DNA of 64,000 bases from Thermoanaerobaculia bacterium (GTDB taxonomy: Bacteria > Acidobacteriota > Thermoanaerobaculia > Multivoradales > UBA5704), in assembly GCA_035544895.1 (NCBI GenBank), contig DASZZM010000009.1, forward strand, positions 3,797-67,796, in the 5' to 3' direction. Positions within the stretch are counted from its first letter, which is position 1. Each line of letters starts with the position of its first letter. The notes under the pieces are model-generated. The model did not search any database and was not told the origin of the DNA. It worked only from the letters and a program-made list of their open reading frames with translations. A program made the position numbers and the translations under genes. Shown piece after piece: positions 13,347-22,620 of the stretch.

Positions 13347-13760
13347 TTAGCGGAATGGGTTTACGATCTCGAGCCCGTCGATCCGCCGCCCATGCTGGAG
13401 GTCCTCGGAGTAGAGGACCGAGCAGCTCGATCGCAGTGCCGCGCGCACGACAAGCGCATCCCATAGGGAGTAGCCATGGAGGCGATGGAGATCGATGGCG
13501 CCGAGGATGTCTTCGAGGCCGATGAGGAACAGATCGAAGCGCGCAAAGAGCTCCACTTTCCGGCGGGCAATCTCGGGCGGGACTCCCAGCTTCCGAGTGG
13601 CAGTCACGAAGTACTCCTGCAGGACCTGGCTCGAGACCACGCCGCTCGACCTTCGGCGGCAGAGGTCGACGAGAGCTAGCGCAGCCTCCTGCTTGTCGGG
13701 AGCGCCCTGATCGTCGGTGTAGACCAGGACGTTGCTGTCCAGAAAGCTACGGCCGGGCAT
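13347..13760 (-). CDS. vapC: PIN-domain toxin (VapC family), second copy
   Basis: MPGRSFLDSNVLVYTDDQGAPDKQEAALALV...GYSLWDALVVRAAL is a PIN domain. It overlaps the upstream antitoxin gene. Confidence 0.75.
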   Translation of the reverse strand: MPGRSFLDSNVLVYTDDQGAPDKQEAALALVDLCRRRSSGVVSSQVLQEYFVTATRKLGVPPEIARRKVELFARFDLFLIGLEDILGAIDLHRLHGYSLWDALVVRAALRSSCSVLYSEDLQHGRRIDGLEIVNPFR

Positions 13761-13974
13761 GGATCTCGTCGCGGTCGAACTTCCAGCCGCGCGAATTCCC
13801 TCGGCTTTCCCGCGAAAGCCGACCGAGCTCGGCAAGGTCTTCTTCGACAGTCGTTTTCGAGGTGATCTGTTCGAGATAGTCGCGCACCAGCTGGTTGACG
13901 CTCTTGCCCATGGCGGCGGCGACCTTCCGCGCCTCCTCGACCAGGCGCTCATCCACGGAGAGAGTAAGGTTCAT
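13747..13974 (-). CDS. vapB: Antitoxin (ribbon-helix-helix / VapB-like)
   Basis: MNLTLSVDERLVEEARKVAAAMGKSVNQLVRDYLEQI... GAGGAGG RBS. It overlaps the vapC start. Confidence 0.6.
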   Translation of the reverse strand: MNLTLSVDERLVEEARKVAAAMGKSVNQLVRDYLEQITSKTTVEEDLAELGRLSRESRGNSRGWKFDRDEIHARP

Positions 13975-14039
13975 GGAAGACCTCCTCGCACATAATACGT
14001 GAGCACGGAATGTGTGTCCAATAGTGCCTTCCCGGCCAT

Positions 14040-14106
14040 CCCGCAGGTCTCATGCTATAATGCCATAGCCTGCACGTCAGGGATCCGCGGGCCGGAGGGT
14101 CTCGCC
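14040..14106 (+). promoter_or_regulatory. Putative promoter/operator: TATAAT -10 hexamer embedded in a GCTAT-AATGCC-ATAGC palindrome, 45 nt upstream of the BNR gene start
   Basis: The segment catgctataatgccatagcctgcacgtcagg is duplicated with the gene at 16265-16330. TATAAT lies at 14056-14061. Confidence 0.35.
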
Positions 14107-16179
14107 ATGAATCGAGTCGAAACGCGGCGCGATGGGGTTGCCGCCGTTGCCCTGCTGCTCCTGGCCTTGCTCTCGTTGCCGGCCGCGGCGGCGGCAGGCC
14201 CGGGGGGCGAGGGGCTGGCTGCGGGTGGTTCCGATCTCGCCGCGGCCGCCGGAATCAGCGCGGGGAGGAGGAGCGGCTGGAGATCGATCGCGCCGGGAGC
14301 GGGGTTCGTCAGCGCCCTGGTAGTTACCCCGGGGCCGGATGGCCGGGTCTATGCCGCCACCGGCGACGCCGGTGTCTTTCGCAGCGACGACCATGGCGCC
14401 ACCTGGGTGCGCTCGAGCAGCGGCATCGCCGAGCCGAACGTTTTCGAGCTGCGTGCGGACCCGGCCGACCCGTTGACCCTCTACGCGGCCACCGCGGCCA
14501 GCCTCTACAAGACGACGGATGGCGGCATCTCCTGGCGGCCGATCTTTGCCGGGGAGTTCAAGGAAGGCCCCAACGGAGTCGCGGTCTCCGCGTCCGCGCC
14601 GCAAGTCCTCTACGCGACCACCCGCTTCGGCTTTTACGGCAGCACGGACGGTGGCGCCACCTGGGACTTCCACGGCCGTAAGCCGGCAGATGGGGAACCG
14701 CTCGGCTTCGAAGTCGATCCTCAGCGCCCGTCGATCGTTTACCTGCTCATGGGCAACGGGGTCTTCACCACATCGTCGGCGGGCCGAAGCTGGTCGAAGA
14801 TCCTGGATGTCGTTTCCGCCACCGACGCGGTGACGGCGCTCGCCATCGACCCCGCGCATCCCGACACCCTCCTTGCCGGCTCGACCCAGGTGCAGAAGAG
14901 CGTCGACGCGGGCGCGACCTGGTCTCCCTCCTTCTCGGGCATCCAGAAACGGTTTGCCGAGGTGACGAGCCTGGCCTTTCAGCCCGGGAACTCGGCGATC
15001 GTCTATGCGGGGACCGGCTGGGGCCCCGTCTACTACCCTCAGCCCGGCGTCGGCCAGATCTACAAGAGCACGGACGCGGGGACGACCTGGAGCCCGATGG
15101 TCGACGGACTCGGCACGGTCAACCGGCTCGTGGCCGATCCCTCCGATCCGCGGCGCGTTTTCGCGGCGATCGATCGCGGTGTGCTGCGCAGCGAGGACGC
15201 GGGGCTCACCTGGGAAGACTCCAACCGGGGCCTGACGGCCAGCCAGGTCGAGGCCATCACTCCCGATCCATCGGCCAGGGGAACTCTGTATGCTTCGCTG
15301 CAGGCCAATGACGAGTTCCTCGGCGTCTGGAAGAGCACCGATGCCGGCGCCACCTGGACGTCACGGGTCAAGGGGCTCGACACGGCCGGGCTTCCGACTC
15401 CCTATAATCCGCCCGGCCGCGTGATCGCGGTGCCCGGCGCCCCGCTATACGCGGCGGGATCCGGACGTCTCGACCGCAGCCGCGACGGCGGCGCCACCTG
15501 GCAGCGGCTCGACACCGGCAACAACAGCGTGATCGACGCCGCGGTCGATCCGGCCGCGACCAGCACTGTCTACGCGGTGGGCGAATACCGCACCGTCTGC
15601 CAGACGTTCTACTGCCCGCCCGTCGGCCTGGTGAGCGTCAGCAGGGACGGCGGCAACACCTTCGCCGACATCACCCGGCTGGTCAATCCGGCCGAGGAGA
15701 CGGGCGTGCTCGACTCCGTGGCGATCGCCCCGGGGACCGGGACCGTCTTGCTCTCCGGCGACCTCACCTTCAAGAGCACGGATCACGGAAGCAGCTGGAC
15801 GCGGCTCTCTCTCGGGCCGGACATCCGCAACCTTGTGCTCGATCCGGGGGCGCCCTCGACCCTCTATGCCATCAACGCGGCGATGGTCTGGCGGAGCACC
15901 GACGGCGGGGCGACCTGGACCTCCCCCAACGTGGGACTTCCCAAGGGCGGCGGTTGCGAGCTGCGCCGTGTCGCCGTCGATCCGAGCGGCTCGGGCCTCG
16001 TGGTCCTGGCCACCAGCCAGGGCGTCTTCTCGTCCTCCGACGGCGCGGCGACCTGGAGCCGGGTTTTCGGGCTCGAGCAGTTCTCCGTCCTGTCCGTGGC
16101 GGTCGATCCCTTCGATCCCAGGACGATCTACGCGGGGACTGCCGGCGGCGGCGGCCTGTTCGTCCAGACCAGGCGCTGA
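14107..16179 (+). CDS. Secreted BNR/Asp-box repeat beta-propeller protein (Ycf48/sortilin/glycoside-hydrolase-like propeller)
   Basis: Signal peptide MNRVETRRDGVAAVALLLLALLSLPAAAAA. At least 10 Asp-box motifs (SDDHGATW, TDGGISW, TDGGATW, VDAGATWS, TDAGTTWS, EDAGLTWE, RDGGATWQ, TDHGSSWT, TDGGATWT, SDGAATWS). The start is defined by the paralog and by GGAGGG upstream. The ORF-track start at 13999 is rejected. Confidence 0.8.
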   Translation: MNRVETRRDGVAAVALLLLALLSLPAAAAAGPGGEGLAAGGSDLAAAAGISAGRRSGWRSIAPGAGFVSALVVTPGPDGRVYAATGDAGVFRSDDHGATWVRSSSGIAEPNVFELRADPADPLTLYAATAASLYKTTDGGISWRPIFAGEFKEGPNGVAVSASAPQVLYATTRFGFYGSTDGGATWDFHGRKPADGEPLGFEVDPQRPSIVYLLMGNGVFTTSSAGRSWSKILDVVSATDAVTALAIDPAHPDTLLAGSTQVQKSVDAGATWSPSFSGIQKRFAEVTSLAFQPGNSAIVYAGTGWGPVYYPQPGVGQIYKSTDAGTTWSPMVDGLGTVNRLVADPSDPRRVFAAIDRGVLRSEDAGLTWEDSNRGLTASQVEAITPDPSARGTLYASLQANDEFLGVWKSTDAGATWTSRVKGLDTAGLPTPYNPPGRVIAVPGAPLYAAGSGRLDRSRDGGATWQRLDTGNNSVIDAAVDPAATSTVYAVGEYRTVCQTFYCPPVGLVSVSRDGGNTFADITRLVNPAEETGVLDSVAIAPGTGTVLLSGDLTFKSTDHGSSWTRLSLGPDIRNLVLDPGAPSTLYAINAAMVWRSTDGGATWTSPNVGLPKGGGCELRRVAVDPSGSGLVVLATSQGVFSSSDGAATWSRVFGLEQFSVLSVAVDPFDPRTIYAGTAGGGGLFVQTRR

Positions 16180-16264
16180 GCCGGGGTCCCTGCCACCCCG
16201 GGCTCAGGGCGCCTGGAGGCTCGCGATGGCGGGCCGCACCCCTGCCGCTCGTGCGCCCGGCCAC

Positions 16265-16330
16265 CCCGCAGGCGTCATGCTATAATGCCATAGCCCGCAC
16301 GTCAGGATCCGCGGGCGGGAGGGTTTCGCC
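16265..16330 (+). promoter_or_regulatory. Duplicate of the TATAAT/palindrome promoter-operator upstream of the second BNR paralog
   Basis: gtcatgctataatgccatagcccgcacgtcagg with TATAAT at 16281-16286, again 45 nt upstream of the ATG. Confidence 0.35.
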
Positions 16331-18397
16331 ATGAATCGAGTCGAAGCGCAGCGCGATGGGGTCGTCGCCACTGGCCTGCTGCTCCTGGGCTTGCTCTCCT
16401 TTCCGGCCGCCGCGGCGGCGGAGCCGGCGGGCGAGGGCCTTGCCGCGCGTGGCTCCGAAGTCGCGGTGGCCGGCGGCATCAGCGCGGGGAGGCGGAGCGG
16501 CTGGAGATCGATCGCGCCGGAAGCGGGGTTCGTCAGTGCCGTGGCGGTCGCGGCGGGGCCGGATGGCCGGGTCTTTGCCGCGACGAGCGAAGCCGGCGTG
16601 TTTCGCAGCGACGATCATGGCGCCACCTGGTTGCGCTCGAGCAGCGGCATCGCGGAGCCGAACGTTATCGAGCTGCGTGCCGACCCGGTCGACCCGTTGA
16701 CCCTCTACGCCGTCACCTCGTCCTGGCTCTACAAGACGACCGATGGGGGTGTCACCTGGCGGCCGATCTTCGCCGGGTATTTCAAGGAGGGCCTTAGCGG
16801 CTTGGCGATCTCGGCCTCGACGCCCAGCATTCTCTATGCGTCGACGCGCTTCGGTATCGATGGCAGCGCCGACGGCGGCGCCACCTGGGACGTCATCGGA
16901 CCGCACCCGCACTCATTCGGGCCGCTCGGCTTCGAAGTCGATCCCCAGCGCCCAGCGGTCGCTTACCTGCTCATGGGCTTCTCTGTCTTCGCTACCACGA
17001 CCGCCTGTCAAAGCTGGTCGAAGATCCTGAATAAAAATGGCGGCAGCGAAGCGGTGACGGCGCTCGCGATCGACCCGGCGCATCCCGACACCCTCCTTGC
17101 CGGCTCCACTCTGGTGGAAAAGAGCGTGGACGCGGGTGCGACCTGGTCTCCTTCCTCCTCGGGCATGGAGAAACGGTTTGTAGAGGTGACGAGCCTGGCC
17201 TTCCAGCCCGGGAGCTCGACGATCGTCTATGCAGGGACCGGCTGGGGCCCCCTCTTGTTCCCGCAGCCCGGCGCCGGCCAGATCTACAAGAGCACGGACG
17301 CGGGTGCGACCTGGACCTCCGTGGACGACGGCCTCGGCGTGGTCAACCGGCTGGTGGTCGATCCCTCCGACCCGCGGCGCGTTTTCGCGGCGATCGATCG
17401 CGGTGTGCTGCGCAGCGAGGACGCGGGATTGACCTGGGAAGACTCCAACCGGGGCCTGGCGGCGAGCCAGGTCGTGGCCGTCACTCCCGACCCGGCGGTC
17501 AGGGGGACGCTGTTCGCTTCGCTGCAGGCCAATGACGAGTTTCTCGGGGTCTGGAAGACCTCCGATGCCGGCGCCAGCTGGACGCCACGGGTCAAGGGGC
17601 TCGACACGGCCGGGCTTCCGACCCCCTATAACCCGCCCGGCCGCGTGATCGCGGTGCCGGGCGCCCCGCTCTACGCGGCGGGATCCGGACGTCTCGAGCG
17701 CAGCCTCGACGGCGGTGCAAGCTGGCAGCGGCTCGACACCGGCAGCGTGATCGACGCCGCCGTCGATCCGGGCGCGACCGGCACCGTGTACTCGGTGGGC
17801 GAATACCGAGACGTCTGCCAGGCGTTCCACTGCCCAACCCGCGGCATGGCAGCCGTCAGCAGGGACGGCGGCAACACCTTCACCGACATCACCCGGCTGG
17901 TCAATCCGGCCGATGCGCCGGGTGTGCTCGACTCCGTGGCGATCGCCCCGGGAACCGGGACCGTCTTCATCTCCGGCGACCTCACCTTCAAGAGCACGGA
18001 TCACGGAAGCAGCTGGACGCGGCTCTCTCTCGGGCCGGGAATCCGCAACCTCGTGCTCGATCCGGGGGCGCCGTTTACCCTCTACGCGGTCGACGCGGCG
18101 ACCGTCTGGCGGAGCACCGACGGCGGGGCGACCTGGAGCTCCCGCAACACGGGACTTCCCAAGGGCGGCGGTTTCGAGCTGCGCGGCGTCGCCGTCGACC
18201 CGAGCCGCTCGGGCCTCGCGGTCCTGGCCACCAGCCAGGGCGTCTTCACGTCCTCCGACGGCGCGGCGACCTGGACGCCGCTGCCGGGACTCGAGAAGCT
18301 CTCCGTCCTGTCCGCGGCGGTCGATCCCTTCGATCCCAAGACGATCTACGCGGGGACTGCCGGCGGCGGCGGGCTGTTCGTCCACACGCGGCGTTGA
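16331..18397 (+). CDS. Secreted BNR/Asp-box repeat beta-propeller protein, tandem paralog of 14107-16179
   Basis: About 85% identical at the protein level to the upstream gene over its full length, with the same Asp-box series and signal peptide. Confidence 0.8.
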   Translation: MNRVEAQRDGVVATGLLLLGLLSFPAAAAAEPAGEGLAARGSEVAVAGGISAGRRSGWRSIAPEAGFVSAVAVAAGPDGRVFAATSEAGVFRSDDHGATWLRSSSGIAEPNVIELRADPVDPLTLYAVTSSWLYKTTDGGVTWRPIFAGYFKEGLSGLAISASTPSILYASTRFGIDGSADGGATWDVIGPHPHSFGPLGFEVDPQRPAVAYLLMGFSVFATTTACQSWSKILNKNGGSEAVTALAIDPAHPDTLLAGSTLVEKSVDAGATWSPSSSGMEKRFVEVTSLAFQPGSSTIVYAGTGWGPLLFPQPGAGQIYKSTDAGATWTSVDDGLGVVNRLVVDPSDPRRVFAAIDRGVLRSEDAGLTWEDSNRGLAASQVVAVTPDPAVRGTLFASLQANDEFLGVWKTSDAGASWTPRVKGLDTAGLPTPYNPPGRVIAVPGAPLYAAGSGRLERSLDGGASWQRLDTGSVIDAAVDPGATGTVYSVGEYRDVCQAFHCPTRGMAAVSRDGGNTFTDITRLVNPADAPGVLDSVAIAPGTGTVFISGDLTFKSTDHGSSWTRLSLGPGIRNLVLDPGAPFTLYAVDAATVWRSTDGGATWSSRNTGLPKGGGFELRGVAVDPSRSGLAVLATSQGVFTSSDGAATWTPLPGLEKLSVLSAAVDPFDPKTIYAGTAGGGGLFVHTRR

Positions 18398-18602
18398 GCC
18401 CGGGGGGAAGGGCTGCGGCGCCGGCCGCCGCTCCCGCCATTGGCGGCACTCCCCGCAGGTCGGAAATGAGCCTGTCTCCTGCGTTGCGCTCGGTCGGACG
18501 CCCTCGACGTACTTCGACTACGCCTCGGTCGTCCGACCTTCGCGCGCCTTGGATCCAGGCACATTTGCGACGCCTCGCGGCGAGGACCGGTGAGAATGCG
18601 GG

Positions 18603-19856
18603 TTAGCTCGACTCGCGCCGCGCTTCGTCGGCCTGCAGGGCGAGGCGGAGCAGGGTCTCGACGAGGCCGTCTGACTTGCCGTTGACGATGTGCCCGATGA
18701 ACAGCCCGTCGGCCACAAGGCTCCTGACGGCGGCCACCGCGCCCGAAAACCTGATCGACGTGGGGCGAACGATCGCCACGGGCGGGAACCTCTTGCTCAG
18801 GAAATGGGTCGGCTCGGGAAAGATCAGGTTGCCCAGCAGGGTATCGCCTTTCAGGGACTCCGGATTGGTCTCCCCTTGCGCCTTCTTGAGGTCCGGGAAG
18901 GTCACCGAGCTCCCTGTCGAGCCGCGGAACCCGGTGTCCGTATCGGAGATCGGCAGCGTGTTGGCGGCCTTGTCCTGCCAGGTCTGGAAGTGCATGGTCT
19001 CGCTGGGGCCGATCGCCAGCAGGATGCGCAAGACCTCCAGGTTGGCGACGTTCTGCGCCAGTGTCGGGTAGAGGCTGGTGCCGCCCACCTCGATGAAGGC
19101 GAAGTGAAAACCCGCGGTGAAGGCGATCGCCTGGAGATGGGTGGAGATGGTGTTGGGGTTCTGGGTCGGGTCGGCGCTGATCGTGCTGCCGGCCGTGTCG
19201 TCGTCGGTGCGGGGGATCGCCGTGTGCTGGCCCTTGTTGAGATCCGGGACCGCCTGGACGAAGGTCGCGCCCGCATCGACCTCGGGGTTGGTGATGCTGC
19301 GGTAGCGGGACCAGAAGCTGGTGTCGATGGTGAGCTGGGTGAGGTTCGTCAGCCGTCCGCCGTCGCCGCGGTAGCTCTGGTTCGCCCCGGTCGCCTTGCT
19401 GCTCGGCAGGTGGCGGAAGCGCTCGAGGTTGACCGGAGATACGCCTTTCGATTCCAGGTACTTGGCGAGGAACGCCGCGTGGCTGATCTCGTCATCGGTG
19501 TTGTCGTGAATGTAGGTGTCCATGTCGCCGTCGAGAATCTGCAGGGCGGCGGTGTAGAGCGGGTTTCCTCCGTTGACCCCCGAAACTTCGTTGTCTTGCA
19601 GGCCGCCGAGCTCCGAGTATTGAATCCACAGATCGGTCTCGATCGTCTCCAGGGCTTGCAAGAACCTCAGGATCGCGATGTCACCCGCGGTGAGGGGTCC
19701 GCTGTCTTTCTCCTCGACGTCCAGGGCGGACAGGCCCTTCGGCAAGAGTCCGGCGCCCATGGTCGTCACCGCGCCCGCCGCCAACATCCCCCTCTTCAAG
19801 AACGTTCGCCGGTCGCTGCCGCTGGAAAATCCGCTTCCTTTGCGCTTCATCACCAT
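18603..19856 (-). CDS. TAT-exported ferritin-like domain protein
   Basis: Start MVMKRKGSGFSSGSDRRTFLKRGMLAAGAVTTMGAGLL has a twin-arginine motif (RRTFLK). The downstream segment DIAILRFLQALETIETDLWIQY... resembles a Ferritin_2-like domain. The ORF-track N-terminal extension (18603-20222) is rejected as Arg/Ser-rich read-through. Confidence 0.65.
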   Translation of the reverse strand: MVMKRKGSGFSSGSDRRTFLKRGMLAAGAVTTMGAGLLPKGLSALDVEEKDSGPLTAGDIAILRFLQALETIETDLWIQYSELGGLQDNEVSGVNGGNPLYTAALQILDGDMDTYIHDNTDDEISHAAFLAKYLESKGVSPVNLERFRHLPSSKATGANQSYRGDGGRLTNLTQLTIDTSFWSRYRSITNPEVDAGATFVQAVPDLNKGQHTAIPRTDDDTAGSTISADPTQNPNTISTHLQAIAFTAGFHFAFIEVGGTSLYPTLAQNVANLEVLRILLAIGPSETMHFQTWQDKAANTLPISDTDTGFRGSTGSSVTFPDLKKAQGETNPESLKGDTLLGNLIFPEPTHFLSKRFPPVAIVRPTSIRFSGAVAAVRSLVADGLFIGHIVNGKSDGLVETLLRLALQADEARRESS

Positions 19857-20076
19857 CCCCCTTTTTGCTGAATCTCGGGCCAGCGGCGTGCCGGCCCGAA
19901 TACTCGTGGCCTGCTCGATAGGAGAGCTCCTTGCCTGGACGGGTCCGCCGGGCGGCAAGGCGCCGGCGGCCCGCCTGCACAGTTCATCCCTGTCCGGGCG
20001 ATGCCGGTTCAAATGGTCCGGCGTGGCGGTGCCATTACTTGATGCATGGCGCCGCTGCTGGGCGCTTGACAGGCGC

Positions 20077-21639
20077 TCAGAGGTAGGGACATTGGATGCC
20101 GAGCGCGGCGAAGAATGCGCGCGGCACGGGCGCGAGGATGAGCAGCAGGAGCGCGAAGCTGAAGGCGCCGAGCGCCGCGCGGCCGCGGTCGACAGGCGTG
20201 ATGTCCTCGAGCGGCGGGGCATCCCGGGTCCCGGCGACGAAAAAGACGATGAAGGCCCAGGTCAGGAAGCCGCTCCAGACGAAGACCCCGAGCAGCAGCA
20301 GGCCGAACAGCGCGGCGGTGCCGATGGCATGCGCCCGGGTCCGGCCGAACAGGGCGTGAGCGATGTGGCCGCCGTCGAGCTGGCCGATCGGCAGCAGGTT
20401 GAGCGCGGTGACCAGCAGGCCGAGCCAGCCCGCGAAGGCCAGAGGATGGAGACGCAGCTGGTGGCCGGCCGCGATCTGGGAGCCCAGGGAGATCTTGGCG
20501 AGCAAGGCGAAGAGCATCGACGAGCCGACCTCGACGCCGCCGTGCAGCATGTCGCCGGACTCCGCGGGGCCGCTCACCACGACAGATTGCCGCAAGCCGT
20601 AGAGCAGGGCCGGAATGGCGATGGCCAGGCCGGCGAGCGGGCCGGCGACGGCGACGTCGAACAGCGCCCGGCGGTTCGGGGCCGGCGACCGCATGCTGAT
20701 GAACGCGCCGAAGGTCCCGAGGCCGAACGGGACCGGGATGAAATAGGGGAGAGTGACTTCGATGCGGTGCCAGCGGCCGGTGAAGTAGTGGCCCAGCTCA
20801 TGGACGCCGAGGATGGCCATGATGCCCAGGGCATAGGGAAGCCCGGTGGCCATCCTGCCCGGCTCGCGCCAGATGTTGAACCCCTGGTGGGCCGCCCCGG
20901 CGGCCGTGGTGGTGAGCACGGTGAGCAGCAGCAGAACGACGTTGAGCCAGGGAAACGCGGCCCGGCCGCGCTTCCTGCCGGCGGACGGATCGGGGATCGC
21001 CAGCAGGACGGGCCGGCCCTCGCCGTCCTCTTGCAGCATCGGCAAGTATCCCGTGCCGGCAAAGCGGCTCTCGAGCTCGCGGAAGGCCGCCTGCGGGTTG
21101 CCGAGCAGCGTCCCTTCGACCACGACCGCGCCGCCCGCGGCGGCCACGCTGCGCGGGGCGAAGACTCCCTCCGCCCGCCGGGCGAGCGCCATCGCGGTCT
21201 CGGCGGGGACCGCGGCGGCCGCGCCGGCGCCGGCAGTCCTCCTCCGGCGCGCCGGTGCCGCGGCGCGCAGCCGGAGGAGCGCCAGGAAGGAGACGACGAG
21301 GAACACCCAGAAGAAGATCGGGCTGATGGCCACGCCGAGCGCCGACAGGGTGAAGAACACCATGAGGGGCAGCACACACAGCAGCACCAGGAGCAAGACC
21401 CGCGGCAGGTCCCACCGCGCCGGCGCCGCCCCCCCGCCGGCCGCACCGGCCGAGCCGGGCAGCGGCGCGCCGCCCCGCAAGGCTTCGCCGCCCGGACCCT
21501 GCGCCTCCCCTGCCAGGGGCACCGGCTCGCCCCGGTCCCCGAGGGAGCTCTGGCTGGAGGCGCCGAGCGAACCCTCGCGGCGCTGCGTCACGAACATCCG
21601 GACGGCGACGAGGAGCAAGAGGACGATGGGCGCGATCAT
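20077..21639 (-). CDS. M50-family (site-2 protease-like) membrane metalloprotease
   Basis: HExxH motif VHELGHYF sits inside a polytopic membrane protein. The central loop is Ala/Gly/Arg-rich. Confidence 0.65.
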   Translation of the reverse strand: MIAPIVLLLLVAVRMFVTQRREGSLGASSQSSLGDRGEPVPLAGEAQGPGGEALRGGAPLPGSAGAAGGGAAPARWDLPRVLLLVLLCVLPLMVFFTLSALGVAISPIFFWVFLVVSFLALLRLRAAAPARRRRTAGAGAAAAVPAETAMALARRAEGVFAPRSVAAAGGAVVVEGTLLGNPQAAFRELESRFAGTGYLPMLQEDGEGRPVLLAIPDPSAGRKRGRAAFPWLNVVLLLLTVLTTTAAGAAHQGFNIWREPGRMATGLPYALGIMAILGVHELGHYFTGRWHRIEVTLPYFIPVPFGLGTFGAFISMRSPAPNRRALFDVAVAGPLAGLAIAIPALLYGLRQSVVVSGPAESGDMLHGGVEVGSSMLFALLAKISLGSQIAAGHQLRLHPLAFAGWLGLLVTALNLLPIGQLDGGHIAHALFGRTRAHAIGTAALFGLLLLGVFVWSGFLTWAFIVFFVAGTRDAPPLEDITPVDRGRAALGAFSFALLLLILAPVPRAFFAALGIQCPYL

Positions 21640-21661
21640 GGTCTGTTCACGTCGTCCGCGC

Positions 21662-22447
21662 TCAGACCAGCGCGAGGCGGATCAGCGACTCCAGGACGGC
21701 GTCGTCCACCTCCCCGGTCGCATCCAGTCCCTGCTGCGTCTGAAAGTCCACCAGCGCCGCCCGCGTCCGCGATCCTTGAAGTCCGTCCACCTTCCCGGGA
21801 TCGAAGCCGAGGAACATCAGGTAAAGCTGAGCCGCCCGGATGTCGACGTCCGGCACCGCTCCCGCTGAGAACTTCTGGAATTCCGCCCGCAACCGCGTGT
21901 CGTACTGATTCTTGGCGAATGACTTGCCGTTGTACCCCCTGGCGAAGGCGGTCCAGTCGTGGGCCTGCAAGGGAGCGTCGAGCCGCGAGCCCTGGAGGAA
22001 CGAGGCGACCGCCGCGAGCTGGCCGTCTTCGGAGTCGCTCATCGCCGCCACCATGGCTTCCACGTCCGCGAAGCCGGCGAGGGCAAAGTTCACGCCCAGG
22101 ATCTGCCCGAGCCCCCAAGAAGCGCTCTGCAGGGCGGCGGCGCGGTCCTTGGCGATCGCCTGCGCCAGCCGATCGTACTGGTGCGCCCCGCCCTTGCCGT
22201 AGCCGCCCGGCGTAGGATCGCTGATCTGGCCGTCGTCGAAGCGGCCCCCGGTCAGCTTGTGGAAGATGTGGCGCTCGAAGAGGATCTGCGGCCGGCGGTC
22301 CGCCAGGAACCCGCGGCAGGACGTCTCGACCGCCAGCAGGGACCAGATCTCCGGCGCGCCCACCGCCAGGGAGCGAGCGGTCGTGTCGAGGCCATCCCGG
22401 CTGAGGGCAAGCGACCGACTGACGAACTCCAGCGGCATCGGCGCCAT
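21662..22447 (-). CDS. N-acetylmuramidase-family (endolysin-like) protein with a C-terminal peptidoglycan-binding domain
   Basis: WGLGQILGVNFALAGFADVEAMVAAM... resembles the DUF3380/muramidase pattern. The C-terminal ALVDFQTQQGLDATGEVDDAVLESL is a PG_binding_1 motif. Confidence 0.6.
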   Translation of the reverse strand: MAPMPLEFVSRSLALSRDGLDTTARSLAVGAPEIWSLLAVETSCRGFLADRRPQILFERHIFHKLTGGRFDDGQISDPTPGGYGKGGAHQYDRLAQAIAKDRAAALQSASWGLGQILGVNFALAGFADVEAMVAAMSDSEDGQLAAVASFLQGSRLDAPLQAHDWTAFARGYNGKSFAKNQYDTRLRAEFQKFSAGAVPDVDIRAAQLYLMFLGFDPGKVDGLQGSRTRAALVDFQTQQGLDATGEVDDAVLESLIRLALV

Positions 22448-22620
22448 TGGCGTCTCCTTCGCGAAGAGTACCTGCTCGACGATATCAGGAAACCTGCGCA
22501 GCCTTGAGTTGAAGGGGGGCTTCCGGAGTTAATCTTTACACGGCAACCGACTCGCCCCGGAGGAATCCTGCTCGGAGCGATCCTGGAGAAAGCCGCGGGC
22601 AAGAGCTACGCCGATTTCCA

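Noticed and set aside
13999-14106. N-terminal extension of BNR gene 1 (ORF track starts at 13999) and similar extensions for the TIR-NACHT gene (42050), He_PIG genes (48290, 51073), MlaE (22712), coxS (59965), coxE (55516) and the ferritin-like gene (20222)
   Set aside because: In each case a downstream start has a better RBS, begins a signal peptide or conserved N-terminus, and is supported by the paralog or by coupling to the neighbouring gene. The extensions are low-complexity.
19678-22215. 845-aa plus-strand ORF opposite the M50 protease and muramidase genes
   Set aside because: Extremely Arg/Gly/Glu/Asp-rich low-complexity translation. The minus-strand frames carry HExxH and PG-binding motifs.
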